A stretch of DNA of 64,000 nt from Octopus vulgaris (Eukaryota), in contig OX597832.1 of the NCBI GenBank assembly GCA_951406725.2, positions 26,474,001-26,538,000 of the forward strand. The letters are read 5' to 3'. Below the pieces are notes generated by a model. The model made no database searches and was not told the origin of the DNA. It saw nothing but the letters and a program-made list of their open reading frames with translations. Numbering within the stretch: position 1 is the stretch's first letter; every line of letters begins with the position of its first letter. Both the position numbers and the translations under genes were made by a program. This document shows positions 14,079 through 27,382 of the stretch, piece after piece.

Positions 14079-14600
14079 CCGTAAATCCTCGAGTATAATC
14101 CGCATTTTTTCCCCAAAATTTAAGGGTCAAAATCCCTAGTGCGTACAATATACGAGGTTAAAAATGAAAAATATTTTCTAAGCAATGTCCGAGTCTCTAT
14201 TTGCTGTCCAGCAATGTTTATTCAGACGCATTTTGTGATGTCGAGCCCGAAAATACCTTAAGCTAAGCCTGAAAGCAATGAAGTCATAAAAGAATCATCC
14301 ATAACTTGCAGTAAGCAACATTTATTAAAATAGAAGTATTCAGAACACAGAATAACATGTAACAAAAACAATTTGCAAACATATTTACATTCCCATATAA
14401 CAGTTAAGAACATCACCATTATTGTATTACACATGCGCAGAAGTGCTTGTTCGACTAGGTGCTGCTGGCTTAATTACGCACGACTCAAGTTAGAAAAGGG
14501 GTGCGTATTATACACAAGGTTTAGGTTTTTCAGAGATACAGCCCTCTAAAAATCCCCTGCGTATTATACTCAAGGGCGGACTATACTCGAGGATTTGCGG
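14079..14600. mobile_element. Tc1/mariner (pogo-like) MITE
   Basis: TIR CCGTAAATCCTCGAGTATA ... TATACTCGAGGATTTGCGG; left TA target site. Confidence 0.75.
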
Positions 14601-15081
14601 CAATGAAATGTCAGTCAGCAGTTGTAACGATGAAAAATTTGTTCTTATAATCGCATGCTGTAGGATGTGAAATATGAACAATACATGAAGTTTTAAGAAA
14701 GTATTTATTTACCGTTACGCACCAATTGTGACAATAAGGTTTTGTAACGATAAAGTGTTTATGTTGAAGTCGAGGGTCACCAACTGTAGCGGTTGGGTTT
14801 TTATTTTCGTGTAACCAACGGGTAAGATTGTATCATTTTAGATATTTGCGTGTGTATTTGTTTTATTCTAAGGCCGTGGTAGATATGTTGTTTGTCGTAG
14901 ACACGTTCAAAAGGGGTCTGTATTTTGGGCTTCGGAGAACCTGATATACGCACTAACCTACTCTGGGTGTCAAGAGCAATACATAGGCCAAACAAAAAAC
15001 AGTCTACGTAAAAGAATGGCTCTGCACAGATCCCAGATCAAAATTCCCCAAAACAGAAAAATAGCATTCAGCCAACACATA

Positions 15082-15271
15082 GAACTGTTAATTTAAATTT
15101 GGCTATGGTGGATCGAATCCACTTCATGCTTGCAAGATTCACTACACACACATACACACACACACAAGCACACACAGAGACATATATATGTGTGTGTGCG
15201 TGTGTGTGTGGTGAATCTTGCAAGCATGAAGTGGATTCGATCCACCATAACCAAATTTAAATTAACAGCTC
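15082..15271. repeat. Foldback: ~65-bp inverted arms around a (CA)n/(TG)n spacer
   Basis: CTGTTAATTTAAATTTGG.TATGGTGGATCGAATCCACTTCATGCTTGCAAGATTCAC and its reverse complement. Confidence 0.85.
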
Positions 15272-16278
15272 AACAGAACTTTTCTCACGGTAAAACAATA
15301 GTTTTTCTCTGACAGCGGTTTTACATTTTCCAGATTGCCTTTAGCTAGGCCGAAATAATGTCTTCACCACTTGACCCTTATAACCCCTTCTACTTCACCA
15401 AAAGCTAGAATAGAGACATCACTCTACCACCAACGAAGCCCATTGTTCTCAACGACATATCTATCCTTCTGGATAGTTATAAAAGCAAGAACCTGCAAGC
15501 AAAAGACAGTTAGTCATTTCAGTAACAACTCAGTAAGAACGAAGTCTGAGTGGCCAGCTAGAACCTTGGTCAGAGAGAGAAATGAAGTTTACTGTCAGCA
15601 ACTGTGAGACAACGTCCCACAACCCTACAGCTCTCACTAGCTCTAATTCTGTTCTTTTACATCATTCTATCTCTCTCTCTGTAATTACTACTAAACAATG
15701 AAGAGGACACAAGCACAAACTTTACTTCGCATGCTTTTGGATTTATCATAAACTGCTCGTCGAGGTAAAGTATTTTAACTAACGGTGAATAAATATTTCG
15801 TAAAAAGCGCCATTCAATCATGATCGTTACCAGCGTCACCTTACTGCCGGTGGCACGTGAAAAAGCATTCGAGCGAGGTCGTTGCCAGTGCCGCTGGACT
15901 GGCTCCTGTGCAGGTGGCACGTAAAAAGCACCACTTGAGCGTGACCGTTGCCAGTACCGCCTGACTGCCCCGGTGGCACGTAAAAGCACCCACTACACTC
16001 TCGGAGCGGTTGGCATGAGGAAGGGCATCCAGCTGTAGAAACATTGTCAGATCAGATTGGAGCCTGGTGCAGTCATCTGGTTCACCAGTCCTCAGTCAAA
16101 TCGTCCAACCCATGCTAGCATGGCAAGCGGACGTTAAACGATAATAATAATGTGTGTTTCTTAAATGGCTTATAAACACCTTCCACGCTGCAATTGTTTT
16201 CGTTCCAGCACACGATCTCAGATCAAGTCACTTGCTATGCAAGTACATCTCCGTAATAACAATAATATATATATACAT

Positions 16279-16318
<40 letters not shown>

Positions 16319-17126
16319 GTAGGTCCCGGGTTGAGTCGGGGTCAACCACAGTAAATAAGGTACTCAATAAATCTCCTTCTATATAATAAATATATATATA
16401 TATATATATACATCCATCCATCCATACATACATACATACATACATATATATGTGTGTGTGTGTATGTATGTATGTATGTATGTATGTATGTATGTGTGTG
16501 TGTGTATGTGTGTGTGTGTGCATATACACCCACCACGTTCGCCGGCGCGTATTTTTCTTTTCATATTCATTTATTACACGTTGTTGTACACCTATTACAC
16601 AATAAAAATTTTTTTTTTTTTTTGGCAGTGGTGAGCGAACTCGGAACATTCACGACGGGAATTTTCCGAGTCTTCTTCCCCACCCACCCCCATTCGCGAG
16701 CGCGAATTTTTTTTTTTTTTCTTATTCGTTTTAGACCCAGTAGTTTTACACCTATTACACTATTTCTTCTTTTTTTTTCTGCTCGGGTCAAACCCTTTAG
16801 TTTGGTCGTATAATTTGTGAAAAAATACAGAACATATTGCCTGCATCGATGTGGTACGCTATATTCAAACATCGCCGAGGAATAAGAAAAAAAAAAACGC
16901 TTACGCAGCGCAACGTCGAAATAAAATTCTTCCACTATTGCCAAGCAATGGAATAAAATCTAAAACTTGATAAAATGACAGAAATAAGCTATATTTAGGC
17001 ATTATTATTAATTTCGCTGCCTTAAATGGAATAAAAACCACCTGCCACAAAAAATAAGAAATATTGCGGATAATAACGAAATATTTTTTGGTACTAGTAA
17101 AGAATTTTGGACCCTGAAAATTGTCA

Positions 17127-17198
17127 GCGTCGGTGGTGTAACGGTTAGCATGGTTGCCTTCCAAGCAGTCGATCCGGGTTCGACTCCCGGCCGACGCA
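17127..17198 (+). tRNA. tRNA-Gly(TCC)
   Basis: GCGTCGG acceptor stem pairs with CCGACGC, discriminator A; anticodon loop CTTCCAA; T loop GGTTCGACTCC; 72 nt. Confidence 0.95.
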
Positions 17199-17207
17199 GG
17201 CGATAGC

Positions 17208-17218
17208 TTTTTTTTTTT
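17208..17218 (+). terminator. RNA polymerase III oligo-T terminator of tRNA-Gly
   Basis: Run of about 11 T beginning ~10 nt after the tRNA 3' end. Confidence 0.8.
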
Positions 17219-17686
17219 CTTTATTTTTCTTTATTTAAATTGTTTAATGGAGAAGTACTCTTTTAAATGCATAGAAAAATAGTTGAAGAAAAGTGCTTCT
17301 CTCTCATCGTGTTGCCTTTTGTATATTTCATACATAATCTTAATTCTGCTACTGTTTTTGTAGAAAAACACAAAATTTCAAGCATTCAAATTACAGTTGT
17401 CGCCCTTCATTTCCTTTCATCACTCATTACTCATGTACGAGGGCCCGAAAAGGATATAATTATGTCTCCGTAAAAGCATATACTCTTTTACTTGTTTCAG
17501 TCATTTGACTGCGGCCATGCTGGAGCACCGCCTTTAGTCGAGCAAATCGACCCCGGGACTTATTCTTTGTAAGCCCAGTACTTATTCTATCGGTCGCTTT
17601 TGCCGAACCGCTAAGTGACGGGGACGTAAACACACCAGCATCGGTTGTCAAGCAATGCTAGGGGGACAAACACAGACACGCGCGCG

Positions 17687-17726
<40 letters not shown>

Positions 17727-20206
17727 CATATATACGACAGGCTTCTTTCAGTTTCCGTCTACCAAATCCACTCACAAGGCATTGGTCGACCCCGGGCTAT
17801 AGCAGAAGACACTTGCCCAAGATGCCACGCAGTGGGACTGAACCCGGAACCATGTGGTTGGTAAGCAAGCTACTTACCACACAGCCACTCCTGTGCCTAT
17901 TTTTGTTTGAAAAGTTTGCATGTACTTCCTGAGAAAGAAATGGCGAGACGAGAGAGAGAGAGAGAGAGTAGAACATACTTCTTTTACTTCTTCCACGTTA
18001 TGACATTTATTCGATGTTTTTCTTAGCAAAGGCATTTTCCTGAAGGTCATTATTACAGAACGATCTTCAAATCTCTCATCACAATTTTCGTCGTTCCAAT
18101 TAGTGTTTTGGAGGTGAAGGTAACCCGTGTGAAAAGTTGAAAAGGTGACGGACAAATTGCCGTATTAAATAAAAACAATCAATATGGTTTTGCACTTTTT
18201 TAAAACTTGTCTGACTGCACCACGACGAAGAAAGATAAAATATTATGGCTGCAAACACGATTTGCTTCTTTTTTTTTGTTCTTTTGTTTTTTTGTCTTCT
18301 AGTTAATAAAGGGGCAAGACTTCCGCCCCCACCCCCCATATGTCCGAAATTTTTTTTTTTTTTTTCAGAAAACCCACGTTTTTGGCTACGGAGATTCCGA
18401 GAAAATGCCAAAAATCGGCATTTTTAAATTTCTGTCCCCCCCCCTCCCCTCTAACCTCTTCATTTTTGACTTTCAGGAATTTTTTTTTTCTCAAAATATG
18501 CGGAAAAATACGGAGATTATGAGTCTGAAAAAAAATTTCCAAAAACTTTTGTAAAATTTCAATTTGAAAAAAAAAAATTACCCCTCGCAGTTTAGGGCAT
18601 AAACAGGAAGTTTTGAAACCCTTTTCGCCATTGCGCATGCATTGACTGCGACGCTAAAAGGGAAACTTTGGAAGTGGTGTGGTGATGGGTGGGCGACATG
18701 GAGGGAAAAGGTTTTGGGAAATTTTTTTTTTTTAATTTTCGGTTTTAAAATGCGGACGGCTCGATTCTGTCGTTTTATTTTTCTTTAATTTTTTTACAGA
18801 AATCGGTTTCAAACTATGACACAAGGCCAGCAATAGTAGTGGGAGAAGATTAATCATCGATTACATTGACCCCCACCCCACCCCACTCCCGAGCTTAACT
18901 GATACGTGATTTATCGATCAGCGAAGGATGAAAGGCGAAACTAACATCGGCAGGATTTGAACTCAGCACGTAAAGAGCAAGAAGGAATTAGCTGGCAGGG
19001 TGATTAAGAAGTTCGCCTAGCAACCTCTAGTTTTCGGATTCAGTCCCACCTTGAGCAAGTATTTCCTGCTCTAAACCGAAGCCAACTTTGATTGATGGTT
19101 GATGAAAATTACTTGAAAGCCCGTCGTTTATAGATACATCATCATCATCATTTAGCATGTTTTCCATGTTGGCATGGGTTAGACCTATTCACTAGAACTG
19201 GTAATCCGGAGGGCTGCACTAGGTTCCTGTCTGGTTTGGCAGAGTTTCTACGGCTGGATGCCCTTCCTAACGCCAATCACTCCAAGAGTGTAATGGGAGC
19301 TTTTTATTTGCCACTGGCATGGGTGCTTTTATGTGCCACTAGCATGGGTGCCAGCTACCAGCATCTTCCACAACTACAATTTCATTTTGCTTGACCAGTT
19401 TTCTCAGGCACAGAATATCACCAAAGGTCTCGGGTCACTTGTCATCGCCTTCGTGAGGCCCGACATTTGAAGATCATGCTTCACCACTGTTAGACACTTT
19501 TTCACACAGCTGTCTCCTCATCCATACCAGTCCAATCATCTCTCTTGCACACCACATCGGATGCTTCTTATGCCCAGCTTTTCCCTCAAGACACTCACAC
19601 TACGTCATACATGCCCACTGACATTCTACATCCAGCAAAGCATGCTTCATACATATGCATCTGTAGTGATACCCATGCCGGTGGCACGTAAAAAGCACCA
19701 ACCTATTGTGGCCGTTGCCATCCTCCTCTGGCCCTTGTGCAGGTGGCACATAAAAGGCAGCCACTACTACACTCATGGAGTGGTTGGCGTTTGGAAGGGC
19801 ATCCAGCTGTAGAAACACTGCCAGATCAGACTGGAGCCTGGTGCAGCCTCCTGGCTTCCCAGACCCCGGTTGAACCGTCCAACCCATGCTAGCATGGAAA
19901 ACAAACATTAAACGATGATGATATATATCATCATCATCATTGTTTAATGTCCGCTTTCCACACTAGCATGGGTTGGACGGTTCGACTGGGGTCTGGGAAG
20001 CCAGGAGACTGCACCAGGCCCAGTCTGATCTGGCAATGTTTCTACGGCTGGATGCCCTTCCAAACGCCAACCACTCCATGAGTGTAGTGGGTGCTTTTTA
20101 CGTGCCAGACGAGGCTGGCAAACGGCCACGATCGGATGGTGCTTTTTACGTGCCACCGGCACGGGGGCCAGGCAAGGCTGGCAACGGCCACGATCGGATG
20201 GTGCTT

Positions 20207-20237
<31 letters not shown>

Positions 20238-20495
20238 ACACATGTATGTATATATTTACATGTATCTTTGTGTTTGTCCTCCACTATCACTTGACTACCA
20301 GTGTTGGTTTGATTACATTCCTTTAACTTAACAGTTCAGCAGAAAAGGACCGACAGAATAAGTAGCAGGCTTAAAAATAAGTACCGGGGTTGATTTGTTT
20401 GACCAAACCCCTCAAGGTGGTGCCCCAGCATGGCTGCAGTCCAAGGACTAAAGACGAAAGAATAAAGAATAAAGACATTTTGAATGAAATATAAA

Positions 20496-20501
20496 TTTAT
20501 T
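20496..20501 (-). promoter_or_regulatory. Putative polyadenylation signal of MRPS15
   Basis: AATAAA 21 nt downstream of the stop codon. Confidence 0.55.
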
Positions 20502-20522
20502 GCCAAAAAAACCCAACAGGTT

Positions 20523-20939
20523 TTAATACCATATACGGCCTTGAAACTGGACCTTTTCTTTTTTAACCCTTTCCTTTTTAGACAAAGCTACTGGATCATA
20601 GACATCATCAATGGACAGGTTAAGCTCCTTCAAATCCTTTTCAATTTGACTCAGGGTTTCAGCTTTGTAAGCGTCAAACATAATTTTTTCCGTCCTGTAT
20701 TTTTCACGGAGTGTCTCAATCTTCTGGATTTTCATTCGGAAAGCCTTTTTGTGTGCCTTCCTTTTCCTGCTGCCCTTCCTGCTCAAAGGCCAATATCTAT
20801 ATTTAGGTACAGGAGCATACATTACTTTTAGTTCACGCGTTAACCATAGGAAGTTGAACATGTTCTGCTTTTTCAGTTCTTTTAACATCTTCCTCCGTTT
20901 TGCTATCTTTTCAGACAACATACTTTTTGAAACTTTATC
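20523..20939 (-). CDS. MRPS15: MRPS15 exon 7 (terminal)
   Basis: DKVSKSMLSEKIAKRRKMLKELKKQNMFNFLWLTRELKVMY...QGRIWY-stop; tttcag acceptor. Confidence 0.9.
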   Translation of the reverse strand, partial: DKVSKSMLSEKIAKRRKMLKELKKQNMFNFLWLTRELKVMYAPVPKYRYWPLSRKGSRKRKAHKKAFRMKIQKIETLREKYRTEKIMFDAYKAETLSQIEKDLKELNLSIDDVYDPVALSKKERVKKEKVQFQGRIWY

Positions 20940-23900
20940 CTGAAAATGAAAAAGAAAAGAAACTAAATTAGCAACCAACACAATAAACAATACAGGAGAG
21001 ATAATTCCTGCTTGCTCTTAAACCCTTTCGTTACCATATTTATTTTGAGATGCTCTGTGTTTCTTTCAATTAATTTGAAATATAACAAAGAATTTAATAA
21101 AATAACTTCATTATTATTAAGCTATTGTTAGGAATATAAATTGTGACTAAGGTTTGGTGGAAGATTTTAATTGAAAACTTATGAAAATGAGACATTTGTA
21201 TTACTGAGCCACAAAATAGCTAAATGGTCAAAAACTCACCTTTCTGAAAGAAGTCAGATGTTTTTTCAAAGCTCGAATACGAAGAGTCAGGTAAGCAACT
21301 GTTAAAGAGAGAAGAATTCTTCATTAAAATCATCACATTTAGCTTAATTAATCAGTATCTAACAATCATAGTAAAGTTAAGTTAATTTTTTGGCTCAAAA
21401 AGCAAAAAACAAGGCCATGTAGGGGGACATGGAGTTATATACAGGGTGGTGTTCATGCAAAGAGTTCAGGCCATTTCTGGTCAAGAGAGACTTTGAACCG
21501 AGCGGTCGTCGGCATCTTCACCATCTCGTCCGGCAGTTATTCCACGGATCTGCAACCCGGATGGAGAAAGCCCCTCTCCTTCAATTGAGATGAAATCGTC
21601 ACAGATAGAGCTTTTCGGAGTGACCCCGCAGCCGACGCTCTGGAGCAGGAGTGAAGAAAAGCTCTTTTGAGAGGTTACACTTTCCGCTTATGATGTTGTG
21701 AGCAAGAATGAGATCACAGCGTCGTCGTTTTTCTAGAGAATAAAGGTCGAGCGTCTTCAGCCTTTCTTCATAAGACAAATGCTTGAGACCAAGAACCATG
21801 CGGGTAGCCAGCTTCTGGACTCTTTCGAGATGATGTATGTCTTTGAGGAGATAAGGAGAAGAGGCTTGAATCCCGTACTCCAATATGGGTCTCACTAGCG
21901 TGACAGAGCGGTAGGAATACCTCCACTTTTCCATGTTTGTATGGGTTAGATGGAATTTGCTAGGTCCCTTGTGAGCAACGTGGAAGCTCGGGAGAGATGA
22001 ATGGTGAATGAGAGTTGTACAAGCCATGTACAGGGATGTTGTCAGTAACGTGAAGGTTGGCAATGAATATAGCAAGGAATTTAGTGTACATGTAGGAATT
22101 CACCAGGGATCAGTTCTCAACCCCTTCTTATTTATCATAGTGCTTCCAGGTCATAACAGAGGAGTTTAAGATAGGCTGCCGTGGGGAGCTCCTCTACGCT
22201 GAAGACTTTGTTCTTACCACTGAATCACCACCAGAACTAAAGAAGAAATTTCAGGTATGTCTAAGAAATGGAAACTGTCGACTCCTTCTAAGGATCCCCT
22301 AAAATATTTGGGAGGGTCTGTTTTCTGCACATTCCTAGTGTTTATTGTACCTATACATCTACCCCCTGTAAAGACTACTTTCTCTGTTAACCTTCCTCTG
22401 ATACTGCTGCACCCCTTATGTGACCATAGGGTCTGAGATTCGAACCCGCAATCCCTCGACTGTGAGTCTGTTGCTCTAACCACTAGGCCATGTGCCTCCA
22501 CTATATATAATGCATATGGATGAGGACAGCTGCATCAAGAGGTGCAGATCTCTAATTGTGGAGGGAATGTGTGAAAGGGGTAGGCCCAGGAAGACGTAGG
22601 AAGAAAGGATCTTCAGATGCTGGGTCTCACAGAGATGTCAAGGGATTAAGGCTTCCGGTGATTTGCTGTGCTTGAGAAGACACTCCAAGCTAAGCAAAAC
22701 TGTGGCCAACCATACATACAGGCATGTTCCCTATGTCCCTCTCTCAGCTGAGGGGTCCTAGTCTTGTGGGCTTATGGGTGCTGGTGTCATGTGAAAGTAC
22801 CCGTGCGGTGCCTCGTAAGCACCCACGTTGGTGCCACACAAAAGAACCTGTGCTGGCGCCACATTCAAGGCACCCACTACACTAAACAAATAAATGAAAC
22901 TTGCTTTTTTTTTCCAAAAAAGCATCGGGTCCCAGAGCTTCTTGGATTTTCTCCAGCAACATGTGGTGTTCGTGATCCCTTATTTCTTGCTGAAGAGAGA
23001 GAGAGAGAGATAAAAGATAAAAATGTAGAAAAAAGAAAAACAAAACATGGCAGCATTTCAACTTCGCAGCCGTTAAACAAACATAAATCAAAATTGGAAT
23101 TAAAAGAGGAAATAATAATGATAATCCTTTCTACTAAGGGCACAAGGCCAGAAATTTATGGAGAGGGGACTAGTTGATTACAGTAACCCCAGTGTTTCAG
23201 TCTGATTTGGCATGGTCGGCGAGCTGGCAGAATCGTTAGCACGCCGGGCGAAATGCATAGCCGTATTTCGTCTGCCGTTACGTTCTGGGTTCAAATTCCG
23301 CCAAGGTCGACTTTGCCTTTCATCCATTCGGGGTTGATTAAATAAGTACCAGTTACGGACTGGGGTCGATATAATCGACTTAATCCGTGTGTCTGTCCTT
23401 GTTTGTCCCCTCTGTGTTTAGCCACTTGTGGGTAGTGAAGAAATAGGTATTTCGTCTGCTGTTACGTACTGAGTTCAAATTCCGCCGAGGTCGACTTTGC
23501 TTTTCATCCTTTCGGGGTTGATTAAATAAGTACCAGTTATGGACTGGGGTCGATATAATCGACTTAATCCATGTGTCTGTCCTTGTTTGTCCCCTCTATG
23601 TTTAGCCCCTTCTGGGTAGTAAAGAAATAAATGATAATAATAGGAAATTTTAAGGGGAGAGGGTTAGTCAATACAATCAACCCCAGTACATGACTGGTGC
23701 TATATTTTATCAAGCCCCAAAAAGGATGAAGGTCACAGTTGACCATAGCAGGATTTGAACTCAGTGCATAAGGAACTAGGGAAAATGCCACAAAGAATTC
23801 TGATTGATCTGCCAGCTTACTGTCTAATCATCATCATCATCATCATCGTTTAACGTCCGCTTTCCATGCTGGCATGGGTTGGATGGTTTAACTGGGGTCT

Positions 23901-26747
23901 GGGAAGCCAGAAGGCTGCACCAGGCTCTAGTCTGATCTGGCAGTGTTTCTACAGCTGGATGCCCTTCCTAACGCCAACCACTCCGTGAGTGTAGTGGGTG
24001 CTTTTTACATGCCACCGGCACAGGTGCCAGGGGAGGCTGGCAAACGGCCATGATTGGATGGTGCTTTTTATGTGCCACCGGCACGGAGACCAGATATCTA
24101 AATTATAATAAGAATGATAATAATATTAGTTTCTTTCACTGTATAGGGGCCAGCAAGTGAAAGAATAGGCCCAACATTTTCCTCTGCATCTCATAAATGG
24201 TGACTAAAAGAGATCAAGGTAGGATTTGCATTCCACTCTTGTATGGAGGGTTGTCGCCTGGAAAGGTGCAAAGGTGCCATTGTTCAGTATCTGTGCACAA
24301 GCAATTTGTTGGTTTGTGACAAGCAGTTGCTGCTGCTGCTTTTGTGTGTGTGTGTGTGTGTGTGTGTTTGTCGGAATAAAAAAAAGGTGAAGGTAGGAAC
24401 AGACAAGTTTGGAGAAAATTTATGGAATTAACAACCAGAGAAATCCATGATGGAAAATTTAAGTAAGAAGGGTTAACTTACACGACTCGCAAATTCAATT
24501 GTGAACAACCTCCGGACATTGTCAGGTACACTGTAAAGAGAGAGAGCAAGGAAGAAAGAGGGTTGAAAACGAGGAAGTTGATACAAGAGAATGGACTTTT
24601 AGGACCGGAAACACACAAGAGGGGTACTGAGAAGTTCCTGGTTTCGAAGGTGTTGCGAAAGGCTTGCTTGGAGGCCTAACCTTCCAAGTTCTTTTACAAA
24701 GGTGAGAAAAACTGAAGGACCACTGCAATGAGTCAATAAGTGTGTGAATCTGAGAGGGGAATATGTTGAATGAAATCACAATTAACTGAGCCTCCTGTAT
24801 TTTGTTTTATCCAAAGCCAGGAACTTTTCAGCACCTTCTCGTGTGTGTGTGTGTGTGTGTGTGTGTGCAAGCATGTGTCTGTGTTTGTCCTACACTACTG
24901 CTTGACAAACAGTGTTGGTGTGTTTACATCCCCATAACTTAGCAATTCAGCTAAAAAGGCTAATAGAATAAATATCAGACTTTAAAAAAAATATATACTG
25001 GGGTTGATTCGTTTGACTAAAAAATTCTTCAAAGTGATGCCCCAGCATGGCCATAGTCTAATGACTGAAACAAGGCTGTTTCCTGCACCGGTTTCGCATA
25101 GCCGCAGCCCATCCAAAGTACCTTGGATCGTAGGGTGACCTGCTGTGCTTGAAGAGACCTATTGAGTCAAGTACATCAACATCAAAATAAAAATGGAAAT
25201 TGTAGTTGTGATACCCGTGGCAGTGGCACGTAAAAAGCACCATCCGAACGTGGCCGATGCCAGCCTGGCTTGACTGGCTTCTGTGCCGGTGGCACACAAA
25301 AAGCACCAACCGATCGTGGCTGCTGCCAGCCTCCCCTGGCACCTGTGCCGGTTGCACGTAAAAAGCACCCACTACACTCACGGAGTGGTTGGCATTAGGA
25401 AGGGCATCCAACTGTAGAAACACTGCCAGATCAGACTGGAGCCTGGTGCAGCCTCCTGGCTTCCCAGACCCCTGTCAAACCATCCAACCCATGCTAGCAT
25501 GGAAAACGGGCGTTAAACGATGATGATGTGTTCTACTACTTAACACGGTGTCTTGTTTGAGGGGAACCAAACAACTGTGATAAACAAGGATAAATATAAA
25601 GTCTTCCAAAGATTTACAAATATTATGCATAACCATAATGGACCATTTCGTTTTTACTTACTTTGGTAGTTCTTTGATGTCCTGGCACCAAAATTTGATA
25701 GTAGAATCTGGCAATGGTTCTCTCTTCATTCTGTCACCTACAGTAATTAAAAAATGGTAACATGTGAATAGAAATTTTAAATTCTTCAAACTCTCTTGAT
25801 ACCAACCTAGCAGAGACTGTTCCTGGTTCCGTAATATAAACTTCCTGATCTAAATAGGAGGAGGAGACCCCCTTCAGTCATGAATGACCATGGGATTGCA
25901 CCTAGAAAGTTACCCTCCAAGGCACAAGTCAGGGCAAGATTGTCTGTGGAAGGCCAGCAGACGCCCATGCATACCGGTCTTCCCTCTCCACGCCACCAGT
26001 GTTATCCAAGAGAAAGGCAAAGAAATAATGGTAACAAAAGGATTAAATAGTGCTGCTAAAGAAAAGGATCTAAAAGGGCTTAGTGGACGGATGGGTGGAT
26101 GGTAGAGCATCAGAGAAAGCACTTGATGGTATTTAGTTACATCCTTTTATGCTCAGAATTCAAATCTTATTTGTCTTTCGCAGGTTAATAAAATTAAGGG
26201 GGTCTGTATAATTAACTGTACCCCTAGAAAGCCATTTACCCAACTTGGCCACAGACCAGAGATTGGAACCACACTCTTTTTCACTTGTTTCAGTCATTTG
26301 ACTGTGGCCATGCTGGAGCACCAACTTTAGTCGAGCAAATTGACCCCAGGACTTATTCTTTGTAAGCCTAGTGCTTATTTTATCGGTCTCTTTTGCCGAA
26401 CTGCTAAGTTATGTGGGATGTAAACACACCAGCATTGGTTATCAAGCGATGCTGGTGGGACAAACACAGACACACAAACACACACATATATATATATACG
26501 TACACATATACATATATACAACAGTTTCCGTCTATGAAATCCACTCACAAGGCTTTGGTCAGCCCGAGTCTATAGTAAAAGACACTTGCCCAAACCATGT
26601 GGTTGGTAAGCAAGCTACTTACCACACAGCCACTCAAACAGGAAAAGGATAGCCTTATCCTAAAATATTCCTATTTATTCCCTTTTTCTTAACCTATTAA
26701 TGTGTAGGATAATGCTAAGACAAAATATATAACAGGTGGTGGTAGTA

Positions 26748-26779
<32 letters not shown>

Positions 26780-26780
26780 A

Positions 26781-26812
<32 letters not shown>

Positions 26813-26813
26813 A

Positions 26814-26845
<32 letters not shown>

Positions 26846-27323
26846 AATGATGATGATGATGATGATGATGGTGGTAATGATGATGATGGTGATGACAAAA
26901 AAAAAATCCATAACGATTCATTTTAACAAACCTGATTTAAAAAGTTTAGGGAACAATGGCCGTTCTTTCTTGCGGACTCTAGAATAAAATCGTCTGTCTC
27001 CCTTGCTCGGAACATTCTGGAAGTTGCCTAAGACAGAAACAAACAAAAAAAGCATTTAAGTTGGTTCCAAATAAAACAACAAACAAAAAAAAAGACAATA
27101 TTAAACAATAATAATTAATGAGAATATAATTATTCAGACTGTTAACAAGGTGCAGGAGTGGCTGTGTGGTAAGTAGCTTGCTAACCAACAACATGGTTCT
27201 GGGTTCAGTCCCACTGCGTGGCATCTTGGGCAAGTGTCTTCTACTATAGCCTCAGGCCAACCAAAGCTTTGTGAGTGGATTTGATAGACAGAAACTGAAA
27301 GAAGCCTGTCGTATATATGTATG

Positions 27324-27382
<59 letters not shown>

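Noticed and set aside
26675-26987. Poly-His / poly-Ser-Pro / poly-Met-Val ORFs
   Set aside because: Trinucleotide repeat in MRPS15 intron 2; open in several frames simply because the repeat lacks stops.
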